The notes beneath the pieces are model-generated. The model had not been told where the DNA came from. It saw only the letters and a program-made list of their open reading frames with translations, and ran no database searches. A stretch of DNA of 57,220 nucleotides, filler included, from Dugesia japonica (taxonomy: Eukaryota), in the NCBI GenBank assembly GCA_001938525.1. It is 4 parts of 4 records of this genome, joined end to end, with 100 filler letters (N's around TTAATTAATTAA, not from the genome) between each part and the next. Parts side by side here need not be neighbours in the genome. Positions count along the whole stretch, not along the records: positions 28,238 to 45,244 come from MQRL01637915.1; positions 45,345 to 57,220 come from MQRL01612485.1; 2 more parts are not named here. One strand, written 5' to 3'. Positions 40,685 to 53,615 of the stretch are shown in pieces. Each line of letters begins with the position of its first letter. The first letter of the stretch is position 1. Made by a program: the position numbers and the translations under genes.

Positions 40685-40976
40685 TGTAAGTGTTAAAAAT
40701 TGAAAATCGCAATTTAAAGTTTGAAGAAAATGTTTCAAAAGATTTCAAGAAATTTTAAAAATATTTAAGGATTAAAAATTGAAAATCGCAATTTAAATTT
40801 TGAAGAAAATGTTATGAAAGATTTCAAGAATTTTTTAAAATATTTAAAATGTTTGTTTTAATATTCAGCTTTTAAAAACATAGTTTTTTGAAGATTTGAA
40901 GATTTGGAATTTTGTGTTATAAATAAAAATTTATTGAATTTAATGGACTTTTCAGAAAGTTTATCAGTAACTAACA
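40685..40976 (+). repeat. LTR (TG...CA, 292 nt) between elements B and C, with an internal ~78-nt tandem duplication
   Basis: Starts TGT right after the PPT, ends AACA, and is followed immediately by PBS-like TGGCGACC; contains AATAAA. Confidence 0.8.
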
Positions 40977-42100
40977 TGGCGACCAACGTATTAATGGATC
41001 TGCTTAACGAAGCAATATTTCCTGGAATCTTCAAGAAAGGGGACGATGTTGAAATGTTTATTAAGAAGATTACAAAATATTGTGATGTGACCGGAATATT
41101 TACAAGTTTTAGAAGCGAATTCATAGTAGTTTTTCTTGATAAAGAACTACGTGAAATTTATGAAAACGAAAATAAAGCTCTAGAATATGAAGAAAGATTG
41201 AGAAAGGTTTTCTTAAAGCCATCATCTATGATTAAAGACATAAAAGAAGCTCTAAGTTACTGAAGGAATAGAAAGCACGTCATTATATATAAAAAAGGAT
41301 TGAGGAAATGGTAGATAAGATAATGTCTTACAAATGGAACAAGTAATCTTTAACAAAGGAATTAATAATAAACAATTGCGATGATAATAAGATAAGGCTT
41401 AAAATTAAGTCTGGAAAAAGGATAAAGTAGANGAGATATTTCAAACAATAAAAGACTGTGACAACTTAAAAGAAGAAATGAAAATAGATGATGTCAATGT
41501 AGTACAAATCAATAAAGATTCAAAAGAGAGAATACCAAAACAAATAGAAATATATATTGGGCACAAGGAGAAAACAGATCAAATTATGAATAAAAAAAGA
41601 CGAGAAATTACGTGTTGGACCTGTGACAAGATAAGTCACGTTAGCAGACTCTGCCCAGTGAAGAAGAAGAGATGTTATGCATGCGGATCAGAACAGGATT
41701 TATGACGGGACTGTAATAAAGTCAGTGGTTAAAGGTGTATGGGAAAAGGACACCGTACTGAAGATTGTTATACAAATATAAATAAACAAACAAGTTACCA
41801 GAATGTTCGAGAACCTGAAAGACGAAAAAGTGAAAACAGAAAACAGAATCATTGTACAAACGATCGAGATGACAATATGCAACAAAATTCAAGATATGTT
41901 AATAAATTATATGATGAAAAAGATGATCTATGCAAATGTGATAAAATATACTATTTCGATGAGAAGATGAACAAGTTTTATGAAGAACAAGAAGAAGATG
42001 AAGCTTTGAACAAAAACAAAATTGTCGAAATATTGAAGATGTTAGAACTAAACGTTGAAAAAATTCAAAAATTTCTAAAAAGGGGGAATGTTAGGTAATT
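40977..42100 (+). mobile_element. Gag-only gypsy derivative C (PBS-gag-integrase tail-PPT)
   Basis: Gag N-terminus FKKGDDVEMFIK; three decayed knuckles homologous to element B; then directly ...LNVEKIQKFLKRG with PPT AAAAGGGGGAA and TGT at 42089; no PR/RT. Confidence 0.8.
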
Positions 42101-42217
42101 TTAAAAACTTTTAAATATTTTTAAAATTTAATGCAATGTTTATTAGTTTAAATTTTTTAATGTAAATNNNNNNNNNNNNNNNNNNNNNNNNNNNNNNNNN
42201 NNNNNNNNNNNNNNNNN

Positions 42218-42333
42218 AAGAACAAGAAGAAGATGAAGCTTTGAACAAAAACAAAATTGCCGAAATATTTAAGATGTTAGAATTAAACGTTGAAAAAATT
42301 AAAAGAATTTCTAAAAAAGTGGAATTTTAGGTA
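42218..42333 (+). repeat. Diverged direct duplicate of 41983-42098
   Basis: aagaacaagaagaagatgaagctttgaacaaaaacaaaattg… is repeated with a few substitutions. Confidence 0.85.
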
Positions 42334-42369
42334 ATAATAATAATATTTATTAAATATTAATAAATAATA

Positions 42370-42746
42370 TCGATTGCACCATTGCAATATATTTCACCAT
42401 TTAATATTAAGTGCCTGTACAATTATTTATTGATTTTGACTTTAGTATAAAGACTAATGAAAAATTAACAGGTAAAGAAATAATTTCAGTAGTTACAGAA
42501 AACAATGATTTGTTATCTGAATCTGGAAAAGAAAACGAAGATATTGCACAAAAAACTATTTGTCCAAGAGTTTGTCAGTTAAATGAAGCATTGGATACTA
42601 TTAATAAATTCTTATTTATTTTCTTAATTTATTACGTAATCACTTTATTAAAAAAAATCTACAAAACCACAATAAAACGTAAAACTTGATATTGCGTACA
42701 TTTTTTCGTTGCACCGATATTTCATTATATTGAGATTTATCGGTAT
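42370..42746 (+). mobile_element. pogo/Tigger transposase C-terminal remnant
   Basis: FIDFDFSIKTNEKLTGKEIISVV…acidic…LNEALDTINKF is typical of Tigger tails. Confidence 0.5.
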
Positions 42747-45244
42747 AATTAATTAAGATAAATACTCATAAAAGTATAATTATTATTTATATGAGGCATC
42801 TCGGTGACTCTAAAAATAAGTGAAGTTTTGGTTAATCCTGAGTCACTGCCTGGGATTTGAGTTGATGTTTCTACGGGTAACCAAGGAAAATAGCTCTGGA
42901 AATCTCACAAAAGTCTAAAAGAGCATTGGTAACTCTGTCTTTGAAATTCCAAAACAATTCACTCGTACCTCGCATGTAAACACCCTACTATAAAAGCAGT
43001 AGCAGAATTTTAGACTTATTATCTCAGTTTTACTCATTTTTTAAATTACTAAAATTATTTTGAGACATATTTTCATCTTACTATTGTGGATTCTATGGCT
43101 ATCGCCGTTATTAACTACAGTTATTCGAATCAACATATTCACAAGTAAATATTATTTCTTGCCATTCATAATTAACTGTTTTTACACATGATGAATCGTC
43201 CTGCCAGCCATCCCTCCCTAACATAAAGTTGAAAAGATTTAGGCAGTGAATCAAGATTTCTTCATGCCACCCTCTAGTTTTTGTTATTTATTTCTATTCC
43301 TTCCTCCAGTATGTGGGATATTATGTCTATTGTTATGAACTTTCATTTATTGTTTTAATGTTGGATGTATTAACAATATTTTTTCCTCCTAAATATATTT
43401 CATAAAATTATTAATATGATAGACAGTAATAATTATAGTTTTCTTGTTAACAAAATTTTGTTTTAACAGCACAAATTAACCAAGTAATAGTAAAATGAAG
43501 TTTCTCCCTTAACAAAAATTTATTTAATTTCTAGTAAGAATTATTAAATTAACAAATAGTAATAATAAAGACTCCTCTCTTAATTTTAACCTATTTTAAT
43601 TTTCCTCACTATTTAATAATCAGCAGCCGTCAGAATCTTCTTCTCATAATAATAACTTATAATGACTACAGTAAAATAAAGACAACAGTATTAATGAATA
43701 GCAATAAAAATCGCTCTCTTAAATATATTATGAATATAATGAACTAATAACAATAATTATCATAAAACTAGTTATCATAATAATACCTTTCAGATGTTAA
43801 TGAATAACAAAAATAAAATCGTTGGATTTCATGTAAAGAAATAGCCAACAAATAANTAATTAAAATTTCATAAGAATAACAACAGGAATGTCCAACTTAA
43901 CCTCATCGATAGGAAGCATTAGAAGTCCATCCTGAATCGAAATATAATAGCACGAAACATAAGGATGCAATAAACTCCACGGCGATACATGCAGCATCGT
44001 GAAAACACAATAACATGTCCAGCATCGTTGTAATAATAGAAATTTTAATTAGGACACAGAAAATTCTGCGAATAAGTAAATAACTTATCTAACCATATCA
44101 GTGTGTGACGCTTCTTACCTTCTATTAATACGAAAAATCGTGATAAGATGCCACCATACCAGGAGATGTGCGATGCAATAGATGCTCCAGTTAAGGATTA
44201 CTATGAGTAAGCCTCGATAACAGAAATTATATATCTAGAGCAAAGCACCATAAATGGATTTTGCATGCCATCTGACCTGTATAATCCGAGTAAAATCATA
44301 AATGTGATGCAATTAAATCCAATTTCGCATAATCACTGACAGAGGTGCTTCTGATCATTATGACGACTGAGAAAAGATCATATAAATGTATGCACACACC
44401 GACACACCCTTTGTAGAGGAAGTAAACCCGTGTGGTTCGACCATGAGTTGTCTTTACTGTAAATTGAAACTTAAAATTTTTTTTTTACTAATAAAATGCA
44501 CTTTCAATCTCATTTCGGTAGTTACATGTTGGTGATAATTTACGACCCTTTGCTCCCTTAAATTATTTCATTATCTCTGGTTAACTCGGATTATTAAATA
44601 AAGTTAAAATTATAATGGTCATTTAATGCGATATGTATATTTTTCCTTTAGGTTATTATAGCAAACAATATACAAGATATACAATGCAAAAATCTTACGT
44701 ACTCAAGATAATCAAATCTGTTTTTCTGAATAAATTTCAATACAAAATATTTTAGGTCCAAAGTCGAAAATTAATTATCAAATAATAACAAGTTCCGAAT
44801 ATGATCTAATATCATTCGCACATTATTCTTTCTCAATAACCATTAAAATTTCTGCACAAAATTTTGAAATTATTAATATTTATAAGGTCTCCACGGGCCC
44901 GATGAAAGGGTCTCGCAAACCGTAGTTCTAAGGAATTGATGAAGTATCTGGTTTTTTATGTATTATTCGCGATTTTTAAATTTAGGATGTAATTCTTGTA
45001 TTTTTATACATGCTTAATCTCAGATTTGAAAATTTGGCAGTATCTGAACCATAATGAGAAAATTTGTTAGAGATTTACGAAATCCTACTTCGGACACCAA
45101 GTTAAAAAATTAATTAGCAACATATATTTTTTTAATTACACAAATCCAATATAATCCAATTATCGAAAATTAAAATAATAAAAGAAATATTAAAGGATTG
45201 TTCCAAATCAGACATAGCTTATTCAGTAGAAATATGAAAGTTCC

Positions 45245-45344
45245 NNNNNNNNNNNNNNNNNNNNNNNNNNNNNNNNNNNNNNNNNNNNTTAATTAATTAA
45301 NNNNNNNNNNNNNNNNNNNNNNNNNNNNNNNNNNNNNNNNNNNN
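45245..45344. other. Assembly linker N44-TTAATTAATTAA-N44
   Basis: Exactly 100 nt. Confidence 0.95.
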
Positions 45345-46959
45345 TATTGGGATCAGGTATAGTAATTACCCAATTGACCTTGTTGGTAATTATATCATCA
45401 AACAGTCAAACATATCAGCTTTTTCAGGCATACATGCAAACATACAATTACATAACATAAAATATTTAATTATCATTGATATAATTAATCACATCTCACA
45501 TTGATCAAAGCTTTTATATTAAATGAATTCTTTAAAATGATCAACGGTTATGTCCAACAATTATTCTCGCAATAATTGCAATTGTAAAACGACTTCTAAA
45601 TAATTTAAAATATATTTCATCAACTTCTAGCTAATTTTTAAAATATTTTAACGACATCTAATTAATACAGTTGAAATTTCTATTTAAGATAACATAAAAG
45701 ACAATTATTGGAAAAAATTTAATTAAATCACACACATGTTCCTTATTACACACTTAAAAACTCAATAAACATATTTTCATCAATCATCTCTTTATAATTT
45801 ATTTCCTCATTAGACTGTGAATCAGTCATTTCCTCACCAATCATATCCTTATTTGTACTTGTGTCAGGCATCAATTCATCAGAAATATCATCATTTGGAG
45901 GCATATCGATTATTTCCTCATCAATAATGACATTATTTGGTTATGCATCAATCATTTTCTCTCATCATTTGGTTGAGTATTGTTCATCTCTTCCCCCGTT
46001 GATACATCTATTTCATCTATCTCTCCACCATTTTCTTGAAAATCATCTACTATTAAATAATTATTTAGATTAAAATTAGTTATTATTATTACCTTGATCC
46101 GANNNNNNNNNNNNNNNNNNNNNNNNNNNNNNNNNNNNNNNNNNNNNNNNNNNNNNNNNNNNNNNNNNNNNNNNNNNNNNNNNNNNNNNNNNNNNNNNNN
46201 NNNNNNNNNNNNNNNNNNNNNNNNNNNNNNNNNNNNNNNNNNNNNNNNNNNNNNNNNNNNNNNNNNNNNNAATAAATTTTTTTATAAGAAATTAATATTA
46301 ATTTATTAATAATGTTTTAGATCCAAATAAATTAAGTTACCAATGTTTTGATTGTCGATGGTTGGATAACAAAATCGTTTGTAATGAATCATGTATAGTA
46401 AGTTAATTGAAATGAATTCATCTAGATTTTACTGAGAAATTTTAAATGTTAAATCATTAATATGTAGTCAGATCATCATTTTAGTGAGGCAGTCAATTTG
46501 TACAACGTTTATCTGTTGTATCTATTTCTCCATTTTATCCGTCACATTTATTGTCTTCTTTATTTCTTCTATGCTTTTTATTATCCGTTGTACTAATTAT
46601 TTTTCTACATCTTTATTCGAGCATACTATCATTTTTTCAAGTCATCTCGAAATTCTTTCAATGATTTATCTGTACTTATTGATTCCACCATGTTAGATTA
46701 AACGTCGTGTACGTTTCAGTATTTAACTCATCAAGACTAAGTGAATTTAAGTGAAAAGTCTGTTTCGGAAATTCAAATTATTATCAAAAACAAAAACTGT
46801 GATCGAAGCATTTATTTTAATGAATTCTGAAAAACGATCAATGGTTACGTCCAACAATTATTCTCGCAATAATTTTAGTTGTAAAATATTATTATTTCTA
46901 CTTCTAATTATTTTTTTGCTGATAATTTTGTTTTAATCTAAAGTCAAACAATTATTGCA

Positions 46960-47210
46960 ATTTGTACACGCTTAGGCCGTTGCTTACGACTTTGTTTAGC
47001 ATGAAAATATCAGCCGTTGCTGTCTGTGATCTGATATTATTTCATGACGAACGTCATCCATCAAGCAATATTTCGAAATTCACTATAACGAAATTGCCGA
47101 TTAAAATATCGAGGAAAGAATAAAGAATGTTTTATTGGGACGGCATACACAAATTACAATAAAGGTGAAGAATTGTGTTGCTAGCGGTGAAAGTTTCTTT
47201 GAATAAAGTA
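46960..47210 (+). mobile_element. Mariner transposase C-terminal remnant
   Basis: FYWDGIHKLQ*R...CVASGESFFE* matches the mariner FF..GI.KL..RW.KCV..G.YFE end. Confidence 0.6.
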
Positions 47211-47299
47211 CTCTTGGATTTATCATATTTTTTTTCTATCATTTTGTAAAGAAAAAGTTCTATGTTTTTATCATTTTGTATAGAAAATTGTCACCATAT

Positions 47300-48985
47300 A
47301 TATGTTTTTTATAGAAAATTGCATGGCTAGTGAGGTTTTTATTAAAAATTGCATCGGTATTGAGATTTTTTATTAAAAATTGCATCGGTAATGAGATCTT
47401 TTATTAAAAATTGCAACGCAAATGAGATTATGTTTTAAAATTTCATCACTAATGATATTTTTGAGAGAAAATTGTTACTAGTAATATGTTTGTTTTATCA
47501 TTGAATATTTGCTTTTTGTTTTAATTTGAATATTTATCCATAGAAATATCACAAAGACTCCACTCTTTGAGGTTTTTTAATAAATATGTTTTATCATGTA
47601 AATATTGCAAAGACTTCCCTCTTTAGTTATTTTTAATGCACTGAAAATCATGTGCCTGAGAATGTTTATTAATAAATACAATAGGTATGCAACTCAGATG
47701 CCATTAGAATGCAACCCACTCATATGCACTGAAAATCAAGCGTTTTTTAAATAAATTTTGAACTAAAAAGAAATTTTTAAAACTCAACATGGCCGCAATT
47801 TTGATTTTTTATTGATTTTTTAATAAATGCAATAGGTATGCAACTCAGATGCAACACACATGCAATGAAAATCACATGCCTATGAATTTTAGACTGTTCC
47901 ATACCATGCAAAATATCAAGACTGTCCCATACCATGCAAAATATCAAGACTGCCCGATACCATGTAAAATATAGAAACTCCCCATGCTAAATATCAAGAC
48001 TGCTCCAATTCATACATAAATATAAAGTCTGCTCAAAAAAAATTTTAATTTCCCTTGCAAAAATAAATTTTTGAATTTCCCACTAAAATATTTTTTTGAA
48101 TTTCCCGTGCAAAAATATTATTTTGAATTTCCCACCAAAAAATATTTTTTCGAATTTCCAGATAAAAATTTTTTTAATTTTCCGCCAAAAAATAACAAGA
48201 CTCCCCTTTTCCCTGCTCGAAAAATATGAAAACACACACTTCCCAGTCAAAAAATACTCAAAAAATACATCAAATACTCAAAAATACCATTACTTTCAAT
48301 AAATTCATCAATTTAAGCAAATTGCAACATTTTTAATCAAAATAAAGATTTCAAAAGATTAACCAATCAAATTAAAGCTCTTTAAATAAAAATTCAAAGC
48401 AAATTCGACATAGAAAATCTTCTCCATTACATTACCTTTCCAACAACATATCTACCATTCAAATCCAATAACCCACAACAAACCTACAGCCTACCAAAAA
48501 ACACGCCACGATAACTCATATGACTGTTCCGTGGCGCCATTACCCTTCTAGCGAAAACCATCCATCACACACCATAAGTCGATTAAACAATGTATAGACC
48601 GGATTTTTGTCCAACAACAAACAAATCTTAAAAACTACAAAAAAATTATTTCCAAGATCTCCAGATACTCCTCGAATCCGAAACCATTCTTTCATACACA
48701 TACACACAACTACACACACAAACTCAACTTGACCTATTTTTGAAAAAAGCTCTTAACAACCCAAACACACACAAATTTTAAAATTTAAAAGTACACAAAC
48801 ACACTTTCAGGATCAAAAAAAATTATCCGATCAAAANNNNNNNNNNNNNNNNNNNNNNNNNNNNNNNNNNNNNNNNNNNNNNNNNNNNNNNNNNNNNNNN
48901 NNNNNNNNNNNNNNNNNNNCCCCCCCCCTGGGGAGGGGAGAGGGGTCCCAAAAATTGTGCTGAAAAAATGTTCTGATGCGCCACT
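47300..48985. mobile_element. Non-autonomous DNA-transposon end with subterminal minisatellites (hAT-like)
   Basis: Arrays of ~31 nt (tttttattaaaaattgcatcggtaatgaga), ~28 nt (aagactgtcccataccatgcaaaatatc) and ~28 nt (aaaatatttttttgaatttccc); C/G runs and a GCGCCACT end at 48985. Confidence 0.45.
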
Positions 48986-48999
48986 ATTTACCTACTTGT

Positions 49000-50380
49000 A
49001 CAGGCAACCAATGAACTTAGAATATAAAATTGAAGAAGCTGTCCAAAACCTTTATAATAAGATTATCCGGAAATGCAACTACTATGGAATACTCCACTGA
49101 TTTGTGTTTGGAAGAAGGAAAAGAAGGACATGAGAATATGTTTGGACTTCAGACAATTGAATGCAGTAACAAAAAGACAAGCCTTTTCGATATCTTATGA
49201 AATGCTAGATAAGTTAGATGGAGCTAAATATTTCAGTTCAATAGATTTTGAAAATGTGTATTATCAGGTAGAGCTTGAATAAGAATCTTAAGAAAAAACG
49301 GCGAATTCAACAAAAAATGGACAGTATTGTTTCACAAGAATGCCTTTTGGTATAGCTGCAGGACCTGGAACATTTCAAGAAATAATGACAAAAGTATTAG
49401 GAAAATTGAGAGGAACGATGGTATACATGGATGATATATTGATATTTTCAGAAAATCTAGAGCAGCACTATAGAATTTTAGACCAAGTTTTTAAAAGAAT
49501 TCAATAATCAAGATTGAGAATTAATCCGGAAAAATGTCATTTATTGCGAGCAGAAGTCAAATTTATAGGACATGTTTGGAGTTTGAACCGATCCAACAAA
49601 AATTGAAGCGATAAAAAATTTTGGAAGACCTTAATGTGTAAAGACCTTGAGAAGCTTTTTGGGAATATGCAATTACAATTGACGGTTTATAAATTATTAC
49701 TCAAAGAAAGCTAGAAGCTTGGAAGAGCTATGTGGAAGTAATAATACAAAACTTGTTTGGTCGGAAAGTTGTGATNNNNNNNNNNNNNNNNNNNNNNNNN
49801 NNNTAACAAAAGCACCGATATTGAGTTTTCCCGATATCAAAAGGATGTTTGTTCTAGATATATATGCGAGCTTTGATGCCATCCAATCAGTTTTATCGCA
49901 AATAGATGGAAGAGGTGTAGAACAAGTCGTTGCATATGGGTCACATGCAATGTCAGCTCATGAAAATGGATATTGCATAACAAAAAAAAGAATTATTAGC
50001 CATTTACTATTTTGTAAATATTTTAAACATTATCTGTATTGAAAAAGATTTTTATTGAGAACAGATCACAAGGCAATTGCATATATAAAAAAGACAAACA
50101 AGTTAATTACTTCGCAATTTCAGACTTGAATGAATTTTCTTAGTAGCCTGGATATGGTATTGGAATTTAGACAAGGTGCGAAACACACGAATGCAAATAT
50201 GCTGTCAAGAATAAATTGTGGTACGTGTGTACAATGCATAATAGATTATGAAAATTCAAACAAAGGAAAAATAAAGACAAGAACAATTAATAATATGTCA
50301 GGTTCAGATACATATAAATGGCAACGTAACGTAGAAGAAATTGAACAATAAAAGAATGATATAAAAAATGAAACATAAAA
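49000..50380 (+). mobile_element. Ty3/gypsy RT-RNase H fragment D (same family as B)
   Basis: RQPMNLE, WNTPLICVWKKE, CLDFRQLN, RMPFGIAAGPGTFQ, VYMDDILIF, RTDHKA; multiple stops. Confidence 0.92.
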
Positions 50381-51045
50381 AAATTATTTAGGAAACTCTG
50401 TATAATATTCCTACACTTCTAAAATAATATAGTAATTTATCCTTTGTCATTAACTTCTGCCTACATTTCTGCGTGTAACTTTGCTTACATCTCGTCAGCC
50501 TCACTGCTTGCACCTCTGCTTTCTCCCTTTCTAATTTCCTCTAAATATTAAAAGCAAACACTTTTTATAATTTTTAGAAATATTTCTTTTATTTCTACGT
50601 ATTTATGACTAATATGAATAAAATCCTAATGCCGGAGAATACTTTACTTATAGTTTTTAACAATTGGTTTATTGATTGTATTTAGTTTTATAGTTTTTAA
50701 TGAACATGAATAGTATAAGTATTAAATAAAATTTTTGAGATTAATATAGGTTTCATTATGTAAAATATAAATTTTATCTTGCGAAATATAGTTATTCCTT
50801 TCAATAAAATCTTTCACTATTTGCCTTCATTTTTGCTTGCTCATACGTTTCCGGCGTGAACTTTGGCAAACCTGTGTGCACCCTGGTTTTTTTAGATATA
50901 TTTATCTGTTAAATATCTTATTATCAGTTGGTAAAATCAATCATTTGATTTTAACTTATAGATTATTATATGGTTTCTGAATATTTTATAGCTTTTGGAT
51001 ACTCAATGGCTTTAGAATATTCAATGGTTTTCTAAGTATTTTTTA

Positions 51046-51233
51046 CAAATTTATACAAACAAGAAAAAAAGGAAAACATTTGAAATGGCGACTTTTCGAA
51101 CTTTCGATGCTGCAAATTTGTCCATTATGTTATGACAATCGAATAAATGCACCACATCATTTTCAAAAAATATCATCGATAAATTATTTAAATTGTTTTG
51201 ATTTAACGAATTAATTAAACGAACGTTCGCCAC
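51046..51233 (-). mobile_element. Inverted partial copy of the hAT 3' end
   Basis: Near-identical to 53172-53390 with an internal deletion. Confidence 0.85.
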
Positions 51234-51658
51234 TTTTTTTTTAAAAAATAAAATTTAGTATTCATTTAGTCTACAATATTTCAATGTATTAATTAGATAT
51301 TTATCAAGGTCTGCAGGCTCTCAAAATGCTTCTCTGCATCTTGCTTCGAAATCTTCAATCTTTGAATCGAATCCCTTATAATTTGACTGCATCGGTTGTC
51401 ATAAAAGCTTTTATAATTATTTTCTTTAACTGATTAATTTTTAGAAATATTTCCTTCATTTCTACGTATTTATGACTAATATGAATAAAATCCTAATGCC
51501 GGGGAAAACTTTACTTATAATTTTTAATTGGTTTATTGATTGTATTTAGTTTTATAGTGTTTAATGGACTTGGATAGTATAAGTATTAAATAAATTAAAT
51601 GTATGATGGTTAATTGTATTAAACATCTGCTTATATTTTTATGAAAGTACTGTATACG

Positions 51659-53615
51659 CAGAGGTGGATTATCGTACAGCAAAATTGGCGCATATCTGTG
51701 GCCTTTAAATTTAAGAGCCTTTAAAATTAAATCGTTCTATGAAAAATTATTATATTTTTGCAATTTCTATCCATTTTGCTATAAAATATTGGATTTTTAA
51801 ATAAGGTATCGTACAATTCAAATTATATTTTTCCATCTTTTTATGTATGTTATTTGTATATAAATTTTGATTTCGGTATTTTTCCTTTAAAAATTTTATT
51901 ATCAATTAATATTATGATAGAAAAATTTAAGTTTGTTTGTTTTTAACGAGTAATACGACGTTGGAAATATTAAGCCATTGAAAAAGAACAGTTAAATACT
52001 TCATTAAAGATATATAACGTATAGTATAAAAAAATCCATAACTTTGTCTTTTAACTTTCAAATTATCTAATTATATCAACTTGGTAAAATATGTAAGCTT
52101 AATTTAATTATTGACCTAATATTTTTAATTTCACACAATTTATATGATATTGTTAATCAAATTTTAAAAGCTTCAAACCGTTATTTAAGTNNNNNNNNNN
52201 NNNNNNNNNNNNNNNNNNNNNNNNNNNNNNNNNNNNNNNNNNNNNNNNNNNNNNNNNNNNNNNNNNNNNNNNNNNNNNNNNNNNNNNNNNNNNNNNNNNN
52301 NNNNNNNNNNTATTTTTTTATTCGAATATTATTCGTCTATATATTTTGCAATAGAAAAACCATAGAATAAAATTATTTTTTAAAAGATTTTAGAAACAAG
52401 TTATATTTCGCAATCTTTGGTGTTTGATTATTTAAAACTGGAGTATAAAGTTACATTAAATCTCTTTGATTTTTAATTTGATAATTTTATTAAAACTCAT
52501 TAAGAAAAATTTATGAGTTGTGGTACCGGTAATGTTAATTATTTGTCGCATAAAATATATGATGAATTTGTAAGTTTAATGAGTAGTGAAGTTAAAGAAT
52601 ATTTCATTGCTGAAGTTCGGGAAGCCATGTACTATTCAATTATAGTTGACTCAACTCATAAAATTTCCGGTATATCTTCGATATATCTTGGAATCATATT
52701 TCTGCTAATAATTTTTACTTTGATTTAAATTTCCGTTATATCTTGNTTTAAGTGAATTTGATGAAATTGAAAAAGATGCTAATATTTTAACTAAAAATCA
52801 TGAATATAAAGAAATTAGACTTAAAAAAAGAAAATTATAATTTGGAGAGATAGCGATGAAATTCAGTTTAGTCAAAAAGAAAACTTTAGAGTAAATATTT
52901 ATAACATTATCTGTGATGCATTAATTTCAGAAATATCAAGAAGAAGCTTAATTTAATGAATCTGTTGAAAGAATAATTTCAAAATATAATAACAATATTG
53001 ACCCAAAATATTTTAAAGATGAAGTTGTACATTTTATAGCAAATATCAAAATCGAAAACATTAAGAATCTTGTCGGTATTTATAAATTATTAATTTGAGG
53101 TTTGAAATCAACATTTTCAAATGTTGAAACAATTTTAAGAATATTTTTAACACTTCCTATAAGCAATGAAAGTGGTGAACGTTCGTTTACCGTTTTAAAA
53201 CGTGTTAAAAATAGTTTAAGGAATTCGTTAAATCAAAACAATTTAAATAATTTATCGATGATATTTTTTGAAAATGACGTGGTGCATTTATTCGATTGTA
53301 ATAACATAATGAACAAATTTGCAGCATCGAAAGCTCGAATAGTCGCAATTTAAAATGTTTTCCTTTTTTCCTTGTTTGTTTGTATAAATTTTTAATAGAT
53401 GTTTGTTTATAATATATTGTTTGTATAATATATAATATTTTGTTTGTATAAGTTGGTAAATAATTTTATATCATTTAATAAACAATTGTAAATATAAAAT
53501 AACACATGGTTTTTTATAATATACATATCTACAATTTACAATTGAAAAAATTGGTTACTTTATAATTAGTGGGGCCTCTTAATTACGTTGCTCCTGTGGC
53601 ATCCAAAATGCATGA
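51659..53615 (+). mobile_element. hAT transposon (ZMYM1-like/DUF4371 transposase), internally deleted pseudogene
   Basis: YLSHKIYDEFVSLMS...YYSIIVDST; dimerisation domain FSNVETILRIFLTLPISNESGERSFTVLKRVKNSLRNSL; 5' end CAGAGGTGGATT; subterminal GGGGCC. Ends are approximate. Confidence 0.85.

Noticed and set aside
47310-48200. Regularly spaced ~28-31 nt repeats as a CRISPR array
   Set aside because: Degenerate tandem units without unique spacers, no cas genes, eukaryotic context.
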